From Octopus sinensis (lineage: Eukaryota), in assembly GCF_006345805.1 (NCBI RefSeq), contig NC_043021.1, positions 2,418,001 to 2,482,000 on the forward strand: a stretch of DNA of 64,000 nt, given 5' to 3'. Below the pieces are notes generated by a model. That model did no database searches, had not been told where the DNA came from, and saw nothing but the letters and a program-made list of their open reading frames with translations. The stretch's first letter is position 1. Every line of letters begins with the position of its first letter. The translations under genes were made by a program, and so were the position numbers. Positions 25,147-37,891 of this stretch are shown here, one piece after another.

Positions 25147-25180
<34 letters not shown>

Positions 25181-25195
25181 GAGAGAGAGAGAGGC
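24950..25195. repeat. (GACA)n/(GA)n microsatellite
   Basis: Direct reading. Confidence 0.92.
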
Positions 25196-25299
25196 AGGCA
25201 TAATGCATGAAAAGGGAGTGGAGTGGGGGGTGAGAAGCATGTTTGGTGGCGTTTGGTGTTCATTCTACATTTTGGGCAGGCGATAGTAAAACTACTTAC

Positions 25300-25430
25300 G
25301 GTTCCAGGACATAGTTGTACTGGCCATCGGCTGATTTCTCCTGCTGGTAGGTCATGTTGTAAGCTATCATGGTGGTGATGAGTTGCCTCAGGCATTCCTT
25401 TTCCCGGTTGCTGTACAGCTGCATGTTCAC
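25300..25430 (-). CDS. CHTF18: CTF18 coding exon 19
   Basis: [12 protein letters not shown]...[24 protein letters not shown]; TTGCAG/GTAAGT. Confidence 0.96.
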
Positions 25431-27076
25431 CTGCAACAGAATGCACCCCCAGGTAAGCATCTCAAGCGCTCTTTAGCAACGCATGTGCACGGCTGCATAT
25501 ATGCGCGTGCACACACACACATATATATCTGTTTATCTGTGTGTGTGTGTGTGTGTGTTTATCTATGTGTGTCTGTGTCTATTAAACCTGTGAGTGCATG
25601 TATGCATATTTGTTTATCTATGTATGTATGTGTATGTGTGTGTATGTGTGTGTGCCAAATCAGATTGGAGTCTGGTGCGGCACATACATATAAACACACA
25701 CACACACACACACATATCTGTGTCTGTGTCTATTAATCTGTGTATGCATGTGTGTATATGTGTATGTGCATGTATGCATGTCCTTATCTATGTATGCGTG
25801 TGTATGTATGTGTGTATGTGTGCCAAGTCAGATTGGGGTCTGGTGCGGCACATACACATAAACACACACACACACACATATCTGTTTATCTGTGTGTGTG
25901 TGTTTATCTACGGGTTTCTGTGTCTATTAATCTGTGTGCGCATGTGTGTATATGTGTATGTGCATGTCTGTTTATCTATGTATGTGTGTGTGTGTGTCTA
26001 TCTATGTGTATGTACCGCATCAGACTCCAATATGATTTGGCAGTATTTCTACAGCTGGATGCCCTTCCTTATGCCACAACTCTCGTGCCGGTGGCACGTA
26101 AAAAGCACCAATCCGATCGTGGCCGTTGCCAGCCACCTCTGGCCCCTGCTCCAGTGGCACGTAAAAAGCACCCACTACAGTCTTGGAGTGGTTGGCATTA
26201 GGAAAGGCATCCAGCTGTAGAATCACTGCCAGATCAGACAGGAGCCTGGTGCAGCCTCCTTCCTGGCTTCCCAGACCCCCTGTCGAACCGTCCAACCCAT
26301 GCGAGCATGGAAAACGGACGTTAAACGATGATGATGATGTGGATTCAAATTAATCCCGCCGGTGGCACGTGTTAAAAAAAAGCACCAATCCGATCGTGGC
26401 CGTTGCCAGCCACCTCTGGCCCCTGCTCCGGTGGCACATAAAAAGCACCCACTACAGTCTTGGAGTGGTTGGCGTTAGGAAAGGCATCCAGCTGTAGAAT
26501 CACTGCCAGATCAGACTGGAGCCTGGTGCAGCCTCCTGGCTTCCCAGATCCCCTGTCGAACCGTCCAACCCATGCAAGCATGGAAAACGGACGTTAAACG
26601 ATGATGATGATGTGGATTCAAATTAATCCCGCCGGTGGCACGTAAAAAGCACCAATCCGATCGTGGCCGTTGCCAGCAACCTCTGGTCCCTGCTCCGGTG
26701 GCACATAAAAAGCACCTACTACACTCTTGGTGTGGTTGGCGTTAGGAAGAGCATCCAGCTGTAGAATCACTGCCAGATCAGACAGGAGCCTGGTGCAGCC
26801 TCCTTCCTGGCTTCCCAGACCCCGTCGAACCGTCCAACCCATGCGAGCATGGAAAACGGACGTTAAACGATGACGATGATGTGGATTCAAATTAATCCCG
26901 GATTATCTGCTAGCTTTGAGGTTTTGGTGATGTAACTGTTTATTTTTTGAATGAAAGTGTAGGGTCAGTGTGAGAGGTCGGATCCGGCCAGTTCAAAGCT
27001 AAAACAGGCAGAGTAGTTGGGTTGGGGATTAAATGGTTGCAGAGATGAGGTGCAGTTAAACATGGGGCATACTTAC

Positions 27077-27226
27077 GGGTCTGAGTGCCGGCTGAAGGAT
27101 GGACATTAAAGGTTGGATAACTTCCTGGATAATGGAACTGAAGTGGAGATATTTGCGGACGGACGGGTGGACGTCGGATAAAAGGGAACTGATCAGGTTT
27201 TCAGTACGGGTTTTCTTGAATAACAT
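27077..27226 (-). CDS. CHTF18: CTF18 coding exon 18
   Basis: [12 protein letters not shown]...ILQPALRP; TTTCAG/GTAAGT; 150 nt. Confidence 0.94.
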
Positions 27227-27401
27227 CTGAAATGGAGAGGAGAGAGGAAAATGAAGATGATGATGATGATGATGATAAGAATAATGACAATGGTGGTGAC
27301 AGATGGAAGAACTATATATATATATACACATATGTATATGTATATACGCACACACACACACACATATATATATACATATATATATATATACACACACACC
27401 A

Positions 27402-27432
<31 letters not shown>

Positions 27433-28428
27433 CACACACACCCCTATATATATATATACATATATATATACACACACACACTATATATATATATACATAC
27501 ATATATATACACACACAACACACTATATAATGTATATATACATACATATATATATACACACACACCACACCACTATAATATATATATACACACACACCAC
27601 TATATATATATATACACCCAAACCACATATATATATATATATATATATTATATACATACATAAGAAAACCATCTGAACGGGACCGTAGCCAGTACCGCAA
27701 ACACCGTCGAGCGTGGCGTCTGCCAGCCTCGTCTGTGGCACCTGTGTCAGTGCACATAAAAACACATCGGCGTGGACCGTCTGCCAGCCTCGTCTGGCAC
27801 CTGTGCGGTTGCACATAAAAAACACCACCGAGCGTGGCCGTCTGCCAGCCTCGTCTGGCACCTGTTCGTACATAAAAACACCATCGAGCGTGGCCGTTCG
27901 CCAGCCTCGTCTGGCACCTGTGTCGTGGCACATAAAAACACCATCCGAGCGTGGCCGTTCGCCAGCATCGTCTGGCACCTGTGTCGTGGCACATAAAATC
28001 ACCCACTACACTCTCGAGTGGTTGGCGTATAGGAAGGGCATCCAGCTGTAGAAACACTGCCAGATCTGAGGCTGGTGCAGCCTTCGGGCTCCCCAACCCC
28101 AGTTGAACCGTCCAACCCATATAGCATGGAAAGCGGACGTTAATCGATGATGATGATGATGATGATACATACACACGTACATACATTATAGGCTTCTTTC
28201 AGTTTCCATCTACCCAATCCACTCACATGGGTTGGGTGGACCGAGGGCTATCATACCACTCACCCAAGGTGCCACACAGTGGGACTGAACCCAAGACCAC
28301 ATGGCTGGGGAAGAAAGCTTCTTAAGCACACACCCACGACCGTTTACCCTCAAAACCAAAGGAAAAAAGAACACCCTCAGCCCCCACCCCACCCCCACCA
28401 CCCCACGTACATACAAACGTAGACTTAC

Positions 28429-28599
28429 CTCGGTGTTTTGATGAGGGTAGAGTATTTTGGGGTGTGTGTTTGAGGCAAACATGAAGTGAAACACAACGCA
28501 CAGGTAGGGACGGTACTGCATCATCGTATAATCTTGGTTCGAATAAATGTAGCAGTTAATCTCGTCGACAAAACCCAACCAATCAAGAGCCATGTTAAT
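28429..28599 (-). CDS. CHTF18: CTF18 coding exon 17
   Basis: ALDWLGFVD...VFHFMFAS...ILYP; TGTTAG/GTAAGT; 171 nt. Confidence 0.95.
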
Positions 28600-28610
28600 C
28601 TAACAATTGG

Positions 28611-28878
28611 AGAAAGATTAAAAGATTAGCAGAAAGATTAAAAGATTAACAGAACGATTAAAAGATTAACAGAAAGATTAAAAGAATAACAGAAAGATTA
28701 AAAGATTAACAGAAAGATTAAAAGATTAACAGAAAGATTAAAAGATTAACAGAAAGATTAAAAGATTAACAGGAAGATTAAAAGATTAACAGAAAGATTA
28801 AAAGATTAACAGAAAAATTAAAAGATTAGCAGAAAGATTAAAAGATTAACAGAAAGATTAAAAGAATAACAGAAATAA
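28611..28878. repeat. 20-bp minisatellite (AGATTAAAAGATTAACAGAA), about 13 copies
   Basis: Direct reading; starts about 11 nt from the exon 17 acceptor. Confidence 0.92.
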
Positions 28879-29069
28879 ATGAATAAAAAAAACACTTTTC
28901 CCAAGTTGACCCCCACATGGACAGCCCCACTTCTCAAGAAATGGAGGTGAAACATTGAGACAGAGATAGTAGACGAGAGATGAGAAACGGCTCAGTCTTA
29001 TCTCTTCAAGGTGTGTTAACAACAACAATAAAAACAAAACGATGATAAGGGTGAGCAACTTAAACTTAC

Positions 29070-29181
29070 CCCTCCCATTTTCGGATCCTTAAACTTGACT
29101 TCAAGGTAATTTTGAAAGAGGCCGTGTAATATCTTGTCGAATTCCCCAGCAGCAAAAGTGGACTGCAGAATGTTCTGGAAC
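29070..29181 (-). CDS. CHTF18: CTF18 coding exon 16
   Basis: FQNILQSTFAAGEFDKILHGLFQNYL; TTGCAG/GTAAGT. Confidence 0.94.
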
Positions 29182-31406
29182 CTGCAAGAAAGAAGAAGAT
29201 GATCCACAGAGTGATATGGACTCAACCCAAATACATTATTACCATCTCTGGACCAAAACCGATGCTAAATAGAGATATTGTCCACCTCTATCAATGCAGA
29301 CACCATCAACCAGTGTCGCATAATCAGCTCACTCAAAAAGTACCTTGGATCGTAGGGTGACATGCTGTGCTTGAGGAGACCTATTCAGTCATGTACATCA
29401 ACATCAACATCAAAATTAAATCAAATGGAAATTGTAGCTGTGACCTTGACTTGACTTGACTTGAGACAGCATTCACCCGGGGTGGGTTGAGCTGGCTTCA
29501 TTCATCCTCAATGCTGCATCTCTCACAAACGCCGACCAGACCTGGCGATTTGAGGCTAACGACCACGTGATCTCCAACCACTCCTTATTCCAGCGGCAAA
29601 CATCGTAGATGCCATAGATCCTTCAAATATTCCTAATGTACAGCTGTGACCCCCATGCTGGTAGCAAGTAAAAAGCACCATCCAAACATGGCCGATGCCA
29701 GTGCCGCCTTGACTGGCTTCCGTGCCGGTGGCACATAAAAAGCACCATCCAATCGTGGTCGATGCCAGCTCCTGTGCCGGAGGCATGTAAAAAGCACCCA
29801 CTACAATCTTGGAGTGGTTGGCGTTAGGAAGGGCATCCAGCTGTAGAAACACTGCCAGATCAGACTGGGGCCTGGTGCAGTCTCCTGGCTTCGTGGTCCC
29901 CAGTTGAACCGTCCAACCCATGCCAGCATGGAAAACGGACATTAAACAATGATGATGATGATGATGACTTGGCCATGCTGACATGGGTTGGTCTGTGTTT
30001 ATTGACACAGATTTCCTATGACTGGATGCCCTTCCTGTCACCAACCTTCACCTGTTTCTGAGCAAGGTAATATTTCCCCCATTGCCAGAGCATGTTCTTG
30101 CAGTGGAGGCACATGGCCTAGTGGTTAGAGCAGCGGACTCGCGGTCGAGGGATCACGGGTCCGAATCACAGACAGGGCGATGTGTGTGTTTATGAGAGAA
30201 ACACCTAAGCTCCACGCGATTCCGGCAGAAGGTAATGGCGAAACTTCTGCTGACTCTTTCGCCACAACTTTCTCTCACTCTTTCCTCCTGCATCTTGCAG
30301 CAGCTCACCGGCATCTCGTCCAGGTGGGGAACCTATATGCCAAGGAAACCGGGAAACCGGCCCTTATGAGCCAGGCATGGCTCGAGAAGGAAAGGAACAA
30401 ACATGTTCTTGCAGAATATTGGAAATGACTGACAGACATCTGCAACAATCTTGCAACGACAAGACAAGAAGACACAAACATACACAGACTGTCTCACACA
30501 CACACACACACAAACATATACACAACAGGCTTCTTTCAGTTTCCTTTTTGAAATCCAGTCACAAAGCCCTGGTCAACCTGGAACGATAGCAAAAAAAAAA
30601 ACACTTGCTAAAAGGTGGTGCCACACACACTGGAACTGAACCGCAAACCATGTGGTTGGTAAACAAACTTCCAAAGCCCACAGCCACGCCAGAAACTATA
30701 TCTCACATCTGGTGGCATCAATCTGTTTCTTTGTCCTGCATCTTCTAAGTCTGGGGTGAACAGCTACGGTGCAATGGGACACGCTTTTGTGTATCTGTGA
30801 CGAGTCAGTGAGTCATAGTGTTGCAACACAGTGGAGAGTCAATGAGTCACGATAAAGATTGGAGATGGGTGTTAGAGAGTAGTTCATCATCATCATCATC
30901 ATCATCATCGTTTAGCGTCCGTTTTCCATGCTAGCATGGGTTGGACGGTTCTACTGGGGTCTGTGAAGCCAGAAGGCTTCATCAGGCCCAGATTGATCTG
31001 GCAGTGTTTCTACGGCTGGATGCCCTTCCTAACGCCAACCACTCCGTGAGTGTAGTGGGTGCTTTTTACGTGCCACCCGCACAGGTGCCAGACAGAGCTG
31101 GCAAACGGCCACGAACGGATGGTGCTCTTTACGTGCCACCCGCACAGGTGCCAGACAGAGCTGGCAAACGGCCACGAACGGATGGTGCTTTTTACGTGCC
31201 ACCAGCACGAGGCCAGTCGGGGCAGCGCTGGCAACGGTCGCGAAACGGAAGGTTCTCTTACATGCCACCGGCACTGGTAACACATCTGCAATTTCCATTG
31301 ATCGATTTTGGTCACATGCCAAGGAGTTGAGGTCGCTTACTTGGACGAACTTACAAAGGAATTACGCAAACAACAGAGTATACAGTAAAGAAATCGGTTG
31401 ACTTAC

Positions 31407-31481
31407 CGGGCAGTTGGTGTTGTATTGGGCTGGACATTAGTGGCCAAAGTCTGCAGGTCTTGAACGGTCAGATATTTACTC
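31407..31481 (-). CDS. CHTF18: CTF18 coding exon 15
   Basis: TTCCAG/GTAAGT, 75 nt, phase 2-2 (SKYLTVQDLQTLATNVQPNTTPTA); variable linker. Confidence 0.8.
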
Positions 31482-32240
31482 CTGGAACAGAAAAGATCTG
31501 GTAAATACTACCACTTCGACATACAACAACAATGGGTCTCTCTATGTGGTTGCTCAACTTGCTAGAAACAGCAACCAAATCTCTGTATGGAATGGAAAAA
31601 CGTGAAATAAAGTGTCTTGCTCAAGGACACAACATCTTGCTGGGAATTGAACTCACAACCTTACACTCGTGAGCTGAATGCCCCTAACCACTACACCATA
31701 CACAAGATTAAACTTACAACCTTCTGAAATTCCTGCCATTCCATGTTTTCTCTGCAGACATCAACCTTCAGGTGTTTAAGCAACAACACTGACCTCTGAC
31801 CCCTCACTGATCTCCTCCCTTCATCCCTCTCATTGTGAGTGTTTATTGAGCGAAAACACTTAAAGCTCCACGAGGCTCCAGCAGGGGCTGGTGGCAATCC
31901 CTGCTGTACTCTTTCGCCACAACTTTCCCTCACTCTTTCTTCTGTTAGCCTGCTCACTTAGCCAGCGGGGTGGCGTCATCTGAAGGCTAAAACAATGCGA
32001 AGCGCATTGTGACCAGCGATGTGTAGCAACATCTGATAGCCTGGTTGGTCATATATATATATATAAAGGGAAAGTTTACGAAGGCAGGTGTAGTACAAAC
32101 AAACAAATGTATTAGTATAGCGCTCAGGAATAGAAATAGAAAAAGTCTTTTACGTTTCGAGCCTATGCTCTTCGACAGAAAGATACACAGAAAAGAAACA
32201 AGGAGAGGAGAAAATGCGTGCAGGAGCTAACGGTACTTAC

Positions 32241-32368
32241 TTCTTAAGCCGTGGCATCCTGAAGACATCGTACCAAACACTGAATAAGCTGCGTTGGACA
32301 TCTTTCTGACCAATGTGCATACTATTGACCAGACGTAGATTGAACTCTTGTTTCTGGCGTTGTACAAA
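32241..32368 (-). CDS. CHTF18: CTF18 coding exon 14
   Basis: IGQKDVQRSLFSVWYDVFRMPR; TTCCAG/GTAAGT; phase 0-2. Confidence 0.95.
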
Positions 32369-32384
32369 CTGGAAATAAAGGCAG

Positions 32385-32810
32385 AGATAAGGGTTGGCAG
32401 TGGGGAGGCACAGTGAACAGGAGTTTGTGAGTTGGGGGTGGTGGGCACGGAGACACTGTGGATGGAAGTTGATGAGGGTGGGAGAAATAGTGAAGGTAGG
32501 GAAAACTGTGAGAGTAGGGGTAGGGATCTTTGAGGGTGGGGAAAATTTGTAAAGATGATGGGGAGGGAAATTGTGAGGGTGGGAGAAACTGAGAGTGGGG
32601 TGGGGGAAATCTGTGAAGGTGGGGAGTGGATCTGCAAAGGTAGGGGGAGGGAATCTGCAGGGGGGTGGGGAAAAACTGTGAGGACGGAGAGGAAAACTGA
32701 TGGGGGTGTTGTGAGGGGGGGGGCAGAATCTATGTGGGGGTGGGGATCTATGAGGCAACGGAAAACTGTGAGAGCGAAGGGGAATCTGTGAGGGTGGGGA
32801 GGGGGACTGG
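32385..32810. repeat. Degenerate G-rich ~20-22-bp tandem repeat
   Basis: Recurrent GAAA(A)CTGTGAGGG(T)GG units with G-runs. Confidence 0.7.
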
Positions 32811-33171
32811 CATGAACTCCATCCGATCCATGACAGCACAGAAAAGCAAACATAAAAACGATGAAGATGATGATGATGATACCTATTTCTTTATTACCCA
32901 CAAGGGGCTAACCACAGAGGGGACAAACAAGGAAAGACATAGGTATTAAGTCGATTACATCGACCCCAGTGAGTAACTGGTACTTAATTTATCGACCCCG
33001 AAAGGATGAAAGGCAAAGTCGACCTCGGCGGAATTTGAACTCACAACGTAACACAGACGAGATACCGCTAAGCATTTCGTCCAGCGTGCTAACGTCTCTG
33101 CCAGCTCACCGCAGATGATGATACCAAAGACTGCATGGAGACGTTCCTTCCACAATGCAACGCTCACTCAC

Positions 33172-33270
33172 CTGCAAGGTATTCAGACAAGACCGAATAT
33201 CGTTGTCAGTCTTCTCACAGAGCGCCATTAGCGCGTTCATCTCAGCTTTCAATGTTTCCCATCTCGAAAC
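33172..33270 (-). CDS. CHTF18: CTF18 coding exon 13
   Basis: ALCEKTDNDIRSCLNTLQ (sensor-2 region); TTTTAG/GTGAGT. Confidence 0.96.
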
Positions 33271-33395
33271 CTAAAAACAAAACAAACATCAACCATCGTG
33301 AGGAATACGCAATTGGAATCGGTATCGTGATATGCGTGTAAGAGGAAATCAGATTCTTCCAAGGACCAATGCCTGATTCCGTCTCAAAGATTTAA

Positions 33396-33959
33396 CCTTT
33401 TTGTTACTATATTTATTTTGAGGAGGCCAGCGCCGCCCAGACTGGCCTCGTGCCGGTGGCACGTAAAAAGCACCATCCGTTCGTGGCCGTTGCCAGCCTT
33501 GCCTGGCCCCCGTGCCGGTGGCACGTAAAAAGCACCATCCGTTCGTGGCCGTTTGCCAGACTCGTCTGGCACCTGTGCGGGTGGCACGTAAAAAGCACCC
33601 ACTACACTCACGGAGTGGTTGGCGTTAGGAAGGGCATCCAGCCGTAGAAACACTGCCAGATCTGACTGGGCCTGATGCAGCCTTCTGGCTTCACAGACCC
33701 CAGTTGAACCGTCCAACCCATGCTAGCAGGGAAAGCGGACGCTAAACGATGATGTTGATGATGATGATGCTTTGTGTTTCTTTCAATTACTTTAAATATA
33801 ACAAAGAATTTAGTAAAATAACTTAGTTATCATTCAGCTAGTGTTAGGAACATAATTGTGACTAAGGTTTGGTGGAAGATTTTAATGCAAAACTTATGAA
33901 AACAAGACATTTGTACTACAGAGCCAGAGGCTGTTTCAGGCAGGTTGGTATCGAAAGGG
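33396..33959. mobile_element. piggyBac-like MITE (family A) with nested RTE 3' end
   Basis: TTAA flanks at 33392 and 33960; ends CCTTTT.../...AAAGGG; RTE 3' UTR inserted at about 33421-33768. Confidence 0.7.
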
Positions 33960-33990
33960 TTAAGAATTGTTTTTCTATTGTATATTTTAA

Positions 33991-34209
33991 CCGTTTTGTT
34001 ACCATATTTCTGTTGAGATGCTCTGTGTTGCTTTCAATTAATTTTAAATATAACAAAGAATTTAGTAAAATAACTTAGTTATCATTAAGCTTAGTGTTAG
34101 GAGCATAAATTGTGACTAAGGTTTGGTGGAAGATTTGAATTCAAAACTTATGAAAACAAGACATTTGTACTACAGAGCCAGAGCTGGATTCAGCTGGGTA
34201 ACGAAAGGG
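33991..34209. mobile_element. piggyBac-like MITE (family A)
   Basis: TTAA flanks; colinear with the uninterrupted parts of the adjacent copy. Confidence 0.75.
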
Positions 34210-34627
34210 TTAAGGCAAGTATCAAAGAGTGTTGTTCCAGCACAAAAGTGGGGAACAGGTACAAGCAAAATTGGACTGTGTGGATAAGAAGTCTGCTTCC
34301 AGACTTAAATTTCATTCAAAGGTGAGAGGCATGGGTGGATGGGTGATGTGAAACACAGAATTACAATATTTGAAGTTTCACTTTAATGTGTGCCTGTATG
34401 TATGTATGTGTGTATATATATAGTGAGTTTACAAAAAAACAAAAGACGAAGACGGGTGTTTAAACAACAAACAGATGTATTAGTTTAACGTTCGGGAAGT
34501 GAGAAAGTCTTTTACGTTTCGAGCCTATGCTCTTCGACAGAAAGGAACACAGAAATAAACAGGGTGAGAGAATAGATAAAGGTTTAGTGGCTAGCGATCT
34601 CTCATGGCGAATGTGTGTGTGTGTATG

Positions 34628-34678
<51 letters not shown>

Positions 34679-34875
34679 ATAAGTGTGTGTGTATAATCAA
34701 GAAAGACAAGAAAAACAACAACACGAGGATGTGGTACATGTAAAGTATTAGCAGACGCTCAGGGAAGGAATGAAAGGTGGTTTTACGTTTCGGGCAAAGC
34801 TCTTCTTCAGAAACAGGAGACAAAGGAAAGTCCAAGCGAAAAGGAAGACGGAGGGATCCACTTAGTTACATTTTC

Positions 34876-34941
<66 letters not shown>

Positions 34942-35262
34942 GAACAGACAGATAGATATATAGGTGTGTGTTACTGTCCCCTTGCCTTTACTTCATGTGA
35001 GAGTTGTAAATGAACATCACTGTCATACAAGAGGTGTCATTTGTTTCCAATATTCTATGGATGCATGTCTGGCTAAGTAGGGGCAATATTTACGTTGCTC
35101 GGAAACAGGTGAGGGTTGGTCACAGGAAGGGCATCCGGCTGTAGAAAATTTGCCTCGACAAATTCTGTCCAACCCATAACAAGCATGAAAATAGGAGATG
35201 AAAACAATAAAACAATGATGATGATGATGATGATGGTGTGTGTGAGAGAGAGAGAGACCAAC

Positions 35263-35356
35263 CTGATAAAGTCGTCCTGCCAACCTAGCAGAGTCCGTAG
35301 GAGGAAAGGTGAAGACAAGGGCAACTGGTCGCAGCTGTCGGAGTGCTGGCACATAC
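35263..35356 (-). CDS. CHTF18: CTF18 coding exon 12
   Basis: YVPALRQLRPVALVFTFPPTDSARLAGRLYQ; ATCCAG/GTTGGT; phase 2-0. Confidence 0.94.
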
Positions 35357-35580
35357 CTGGATATGACAGAAGACAGACTGACTTTAGAAAACAACAAAAC
35401 AAATATTCTTAGAGTAAAAAAGAACAAAAAAAAACAAATGGTTAAGATATTTTTAGGCCCTGAATGCAAAATCAAAGATAAACAGGTGACATAATCAAAA
35501 TTAACAATACTCACATCTCGTTAGAAAGAAATATACCTGGAGTTTCTTAAAGAAATCTAAACTGGAATTTTAGAATCCAA

Positions 35581-36088
35581 CTAGCAGTATCGCCTGGCGT
35601 TGCTCGGGTTTGTAAGGGAAATAACTATATAAACATTTTTAGAGAGTTACTTCCCTTATATAATAGCAAAAATGCATTAAAAATGGGAAAAAAATGATGG
35701 TAAATTTTTTTTTAAATCGTAGACTCATCGTAGACATTTTTAGAGAGTTACTTCCCTTATATAATAGCAAAAAAAATGCATTAAAAATGGAAAAAAAATT
35801 ATGGTAAATTTTTTTTTAAATCGTAGACTCATCGTAGACATTTTTAGAGAGTTACTTCCCTTATATAATAGCAAAAAAAATGCGTTAAAAATGGGAAAAA
35901 ATGATGGTAAATTTTTTTTTAAATCGTAGACTCATCGTAGACGTGCGCTAATACCCAGAAGGGCTCGATATGAATCACGACTATAAGATACCCGGTTTTG
36001 GTTAAACTGCACCGCAAAATGTGGGAGTAGTTAGGAATCTAAATCGGAGGAGACAGACAGCACACAACTTCACTTTTATATATATAGA
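35581..36088 (-). mobile_element. Non-autonomous Helitron-like element with internal 3x ~110-bp tandem
   Basis: Same termini as the 3046-3558 copy; the segment ACATTTTTAGAGAGTTAC...CATCGTAG is repeated three times. Confidence 0.75.
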
Positions 36089-36869
36089 TATGATTATTTT
36101 CATCAGGTGTAAGGTGGGAACACTGACTGAATCATTAACCACATTGGACTAAATGTTTAGAAGCTTTTCTTTTGGATCCTTACATTCTGGGTTCAAATCC
36201 CTCCAAGGTTGGTTTTGCCTTTCATCCTTTTGGTTGAACACTGGGGTTAATGTAATCAACTTAGCCCCTTCCCCACAAAATTTCAGACCTTGTGCCTATA
36301 GCAAAAAAAGGATTATTTTCAACAGGTGTGACTCTGAGGTAAGAAGCTTGCTTCCCAACCACATGGTTCTAGGTTCAGTCCCACTGCGCAGTACCTTTAG
36401 CCAAGTGTCTTCTACTACAGCCTCACGTTGACCAAAGCCTTGTGAGTGGATTTGATAGATGGAAACTAAAAGAAGCCTGTTGTGTGTGTGATTTGACTTT
36501 GTGTTTGTTACCTACCACAGCTTGACAACCGGTGTTGGTTTGCTTACATCCCTCCAATTTTGCGGTTTGGACAAAAAAGACCAATCGATTAAGTAACAGG
36601 CTTTAAAAGAAGACACAACTACCGGGGTCAATTCATTTGACCAAAATCCTTCGAGGTGGTGCCCCAGCATGGCCACAGTCTAGTGACCGAAACAAGTAAA
36701 AGATAATACTAATGGCTTAACATCAAAACTTTTAGGGAATTAACCCCCGGACCTTAAACAAGTTAGATACTCATTTGTTTTTAATCAATGTTAGAAGCAC
36801 TCTTAAGTCTTTAGTCATTATTGTTTAGTCTTAAATCAGCCCTGATTGAGTAGACTTAGAAAATGTTCA

Positions 36870-37255
36870 ACAGGAGTGGCTGTGTGGTAAGTAGCTTGCT
36901 AACCAACCACATGGTTCCGGGTTCAGTCCCACTGCGTGGCACCTTGGGCAAGTGTCTTCTACTATAGCCCCGGGCCGACCAATGCCTTGTGAGTGGATTT
37001 GATAGACGGAAACTGAAAGAAGCCCATCATATATATGTATGTGTGTGTGTTTGTCCCCCCAACATCGCTTGACAACCGATGCTGGTGTGTTTACGCCCCC
37101 GTCACTTAGCGGTTCGGCAAAAGAGACCGATATAATAAGTACTGGGCTTACAAAGAATAAGTCCCGGGGTCGATTTGCTCGACTAAAAGGCGGTGCTCCA
37201 GCATGGCCGCAGTCAAATGACTGAAACAAGTAAAAGAGTAAAAAGAGTAAAAGAG
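36870..37255 (+). mobile_element. SINE family 3 copy
   Basis: Full-length match; tail (AAAAGAGT) tandemly repeated three times. Confidence 0.85.
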
Positions 37256-37374
37256 AATGTTGAAAGTTAAGCTTAGATCTTAACAGAAGGAAGAACAGAT
37301 ATTCAAAGACCGGCAGAGAAAGAAGAACTAAGATGATCTTCTTCAGGTCGGGAAGACACAAGATCTAGACTTAC

Positions 37375-37478
37375 ATGTCATTACAAATACAAATGATCGG
37401 TCGAAGTAACAATCCTTTTTCTTTCTTTTTTCCTGTTTGTCCCTCTTTGGCCAATTGCAGGAGGACATTGATGGCTGC
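37375..37478 (-). CDS. CHTF18: CTF18 coding exon 11
   Basis: AAINVLL...LLRPIICICND; TTGCAG/GTAAGT; phase 0-2. Confidence 0.96.
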
Positions 37479-37819
37479 CTGCAAATGAGAGAGAGAGAGA
37501 GAGAGAGAGAGATAAACAGTGTCTAGTTAAGAGTAAAAGTGAGGTGAAGAATATATTAAGACGGCGAGCTGGCAGAAACGTTAGCACGCTGGGCGAAGTG
37601 CATAGCTGTATTTCATCTGTCATTACGTTCCAAGTTCAAATCCCGCCGAGGTCGACTTTGCCTTTCATCCTTTCGGGGTTGATAAATTAAGTACCAGTTA
37701 TGCACTGGGGTCAATGTAATCGACTTAATCCGTTTGTCTGTCCATGTTTGTCCCCTCTGTGTTTAGCCCCTTGTGGGTAGTAAAGGTATTAGGTTGCCCA
37801 GAAGGTATGAGCATATGTA

Positions 37820-37889
<70 letters not shown>

Positions 37890-37891
<2 letters not shown>

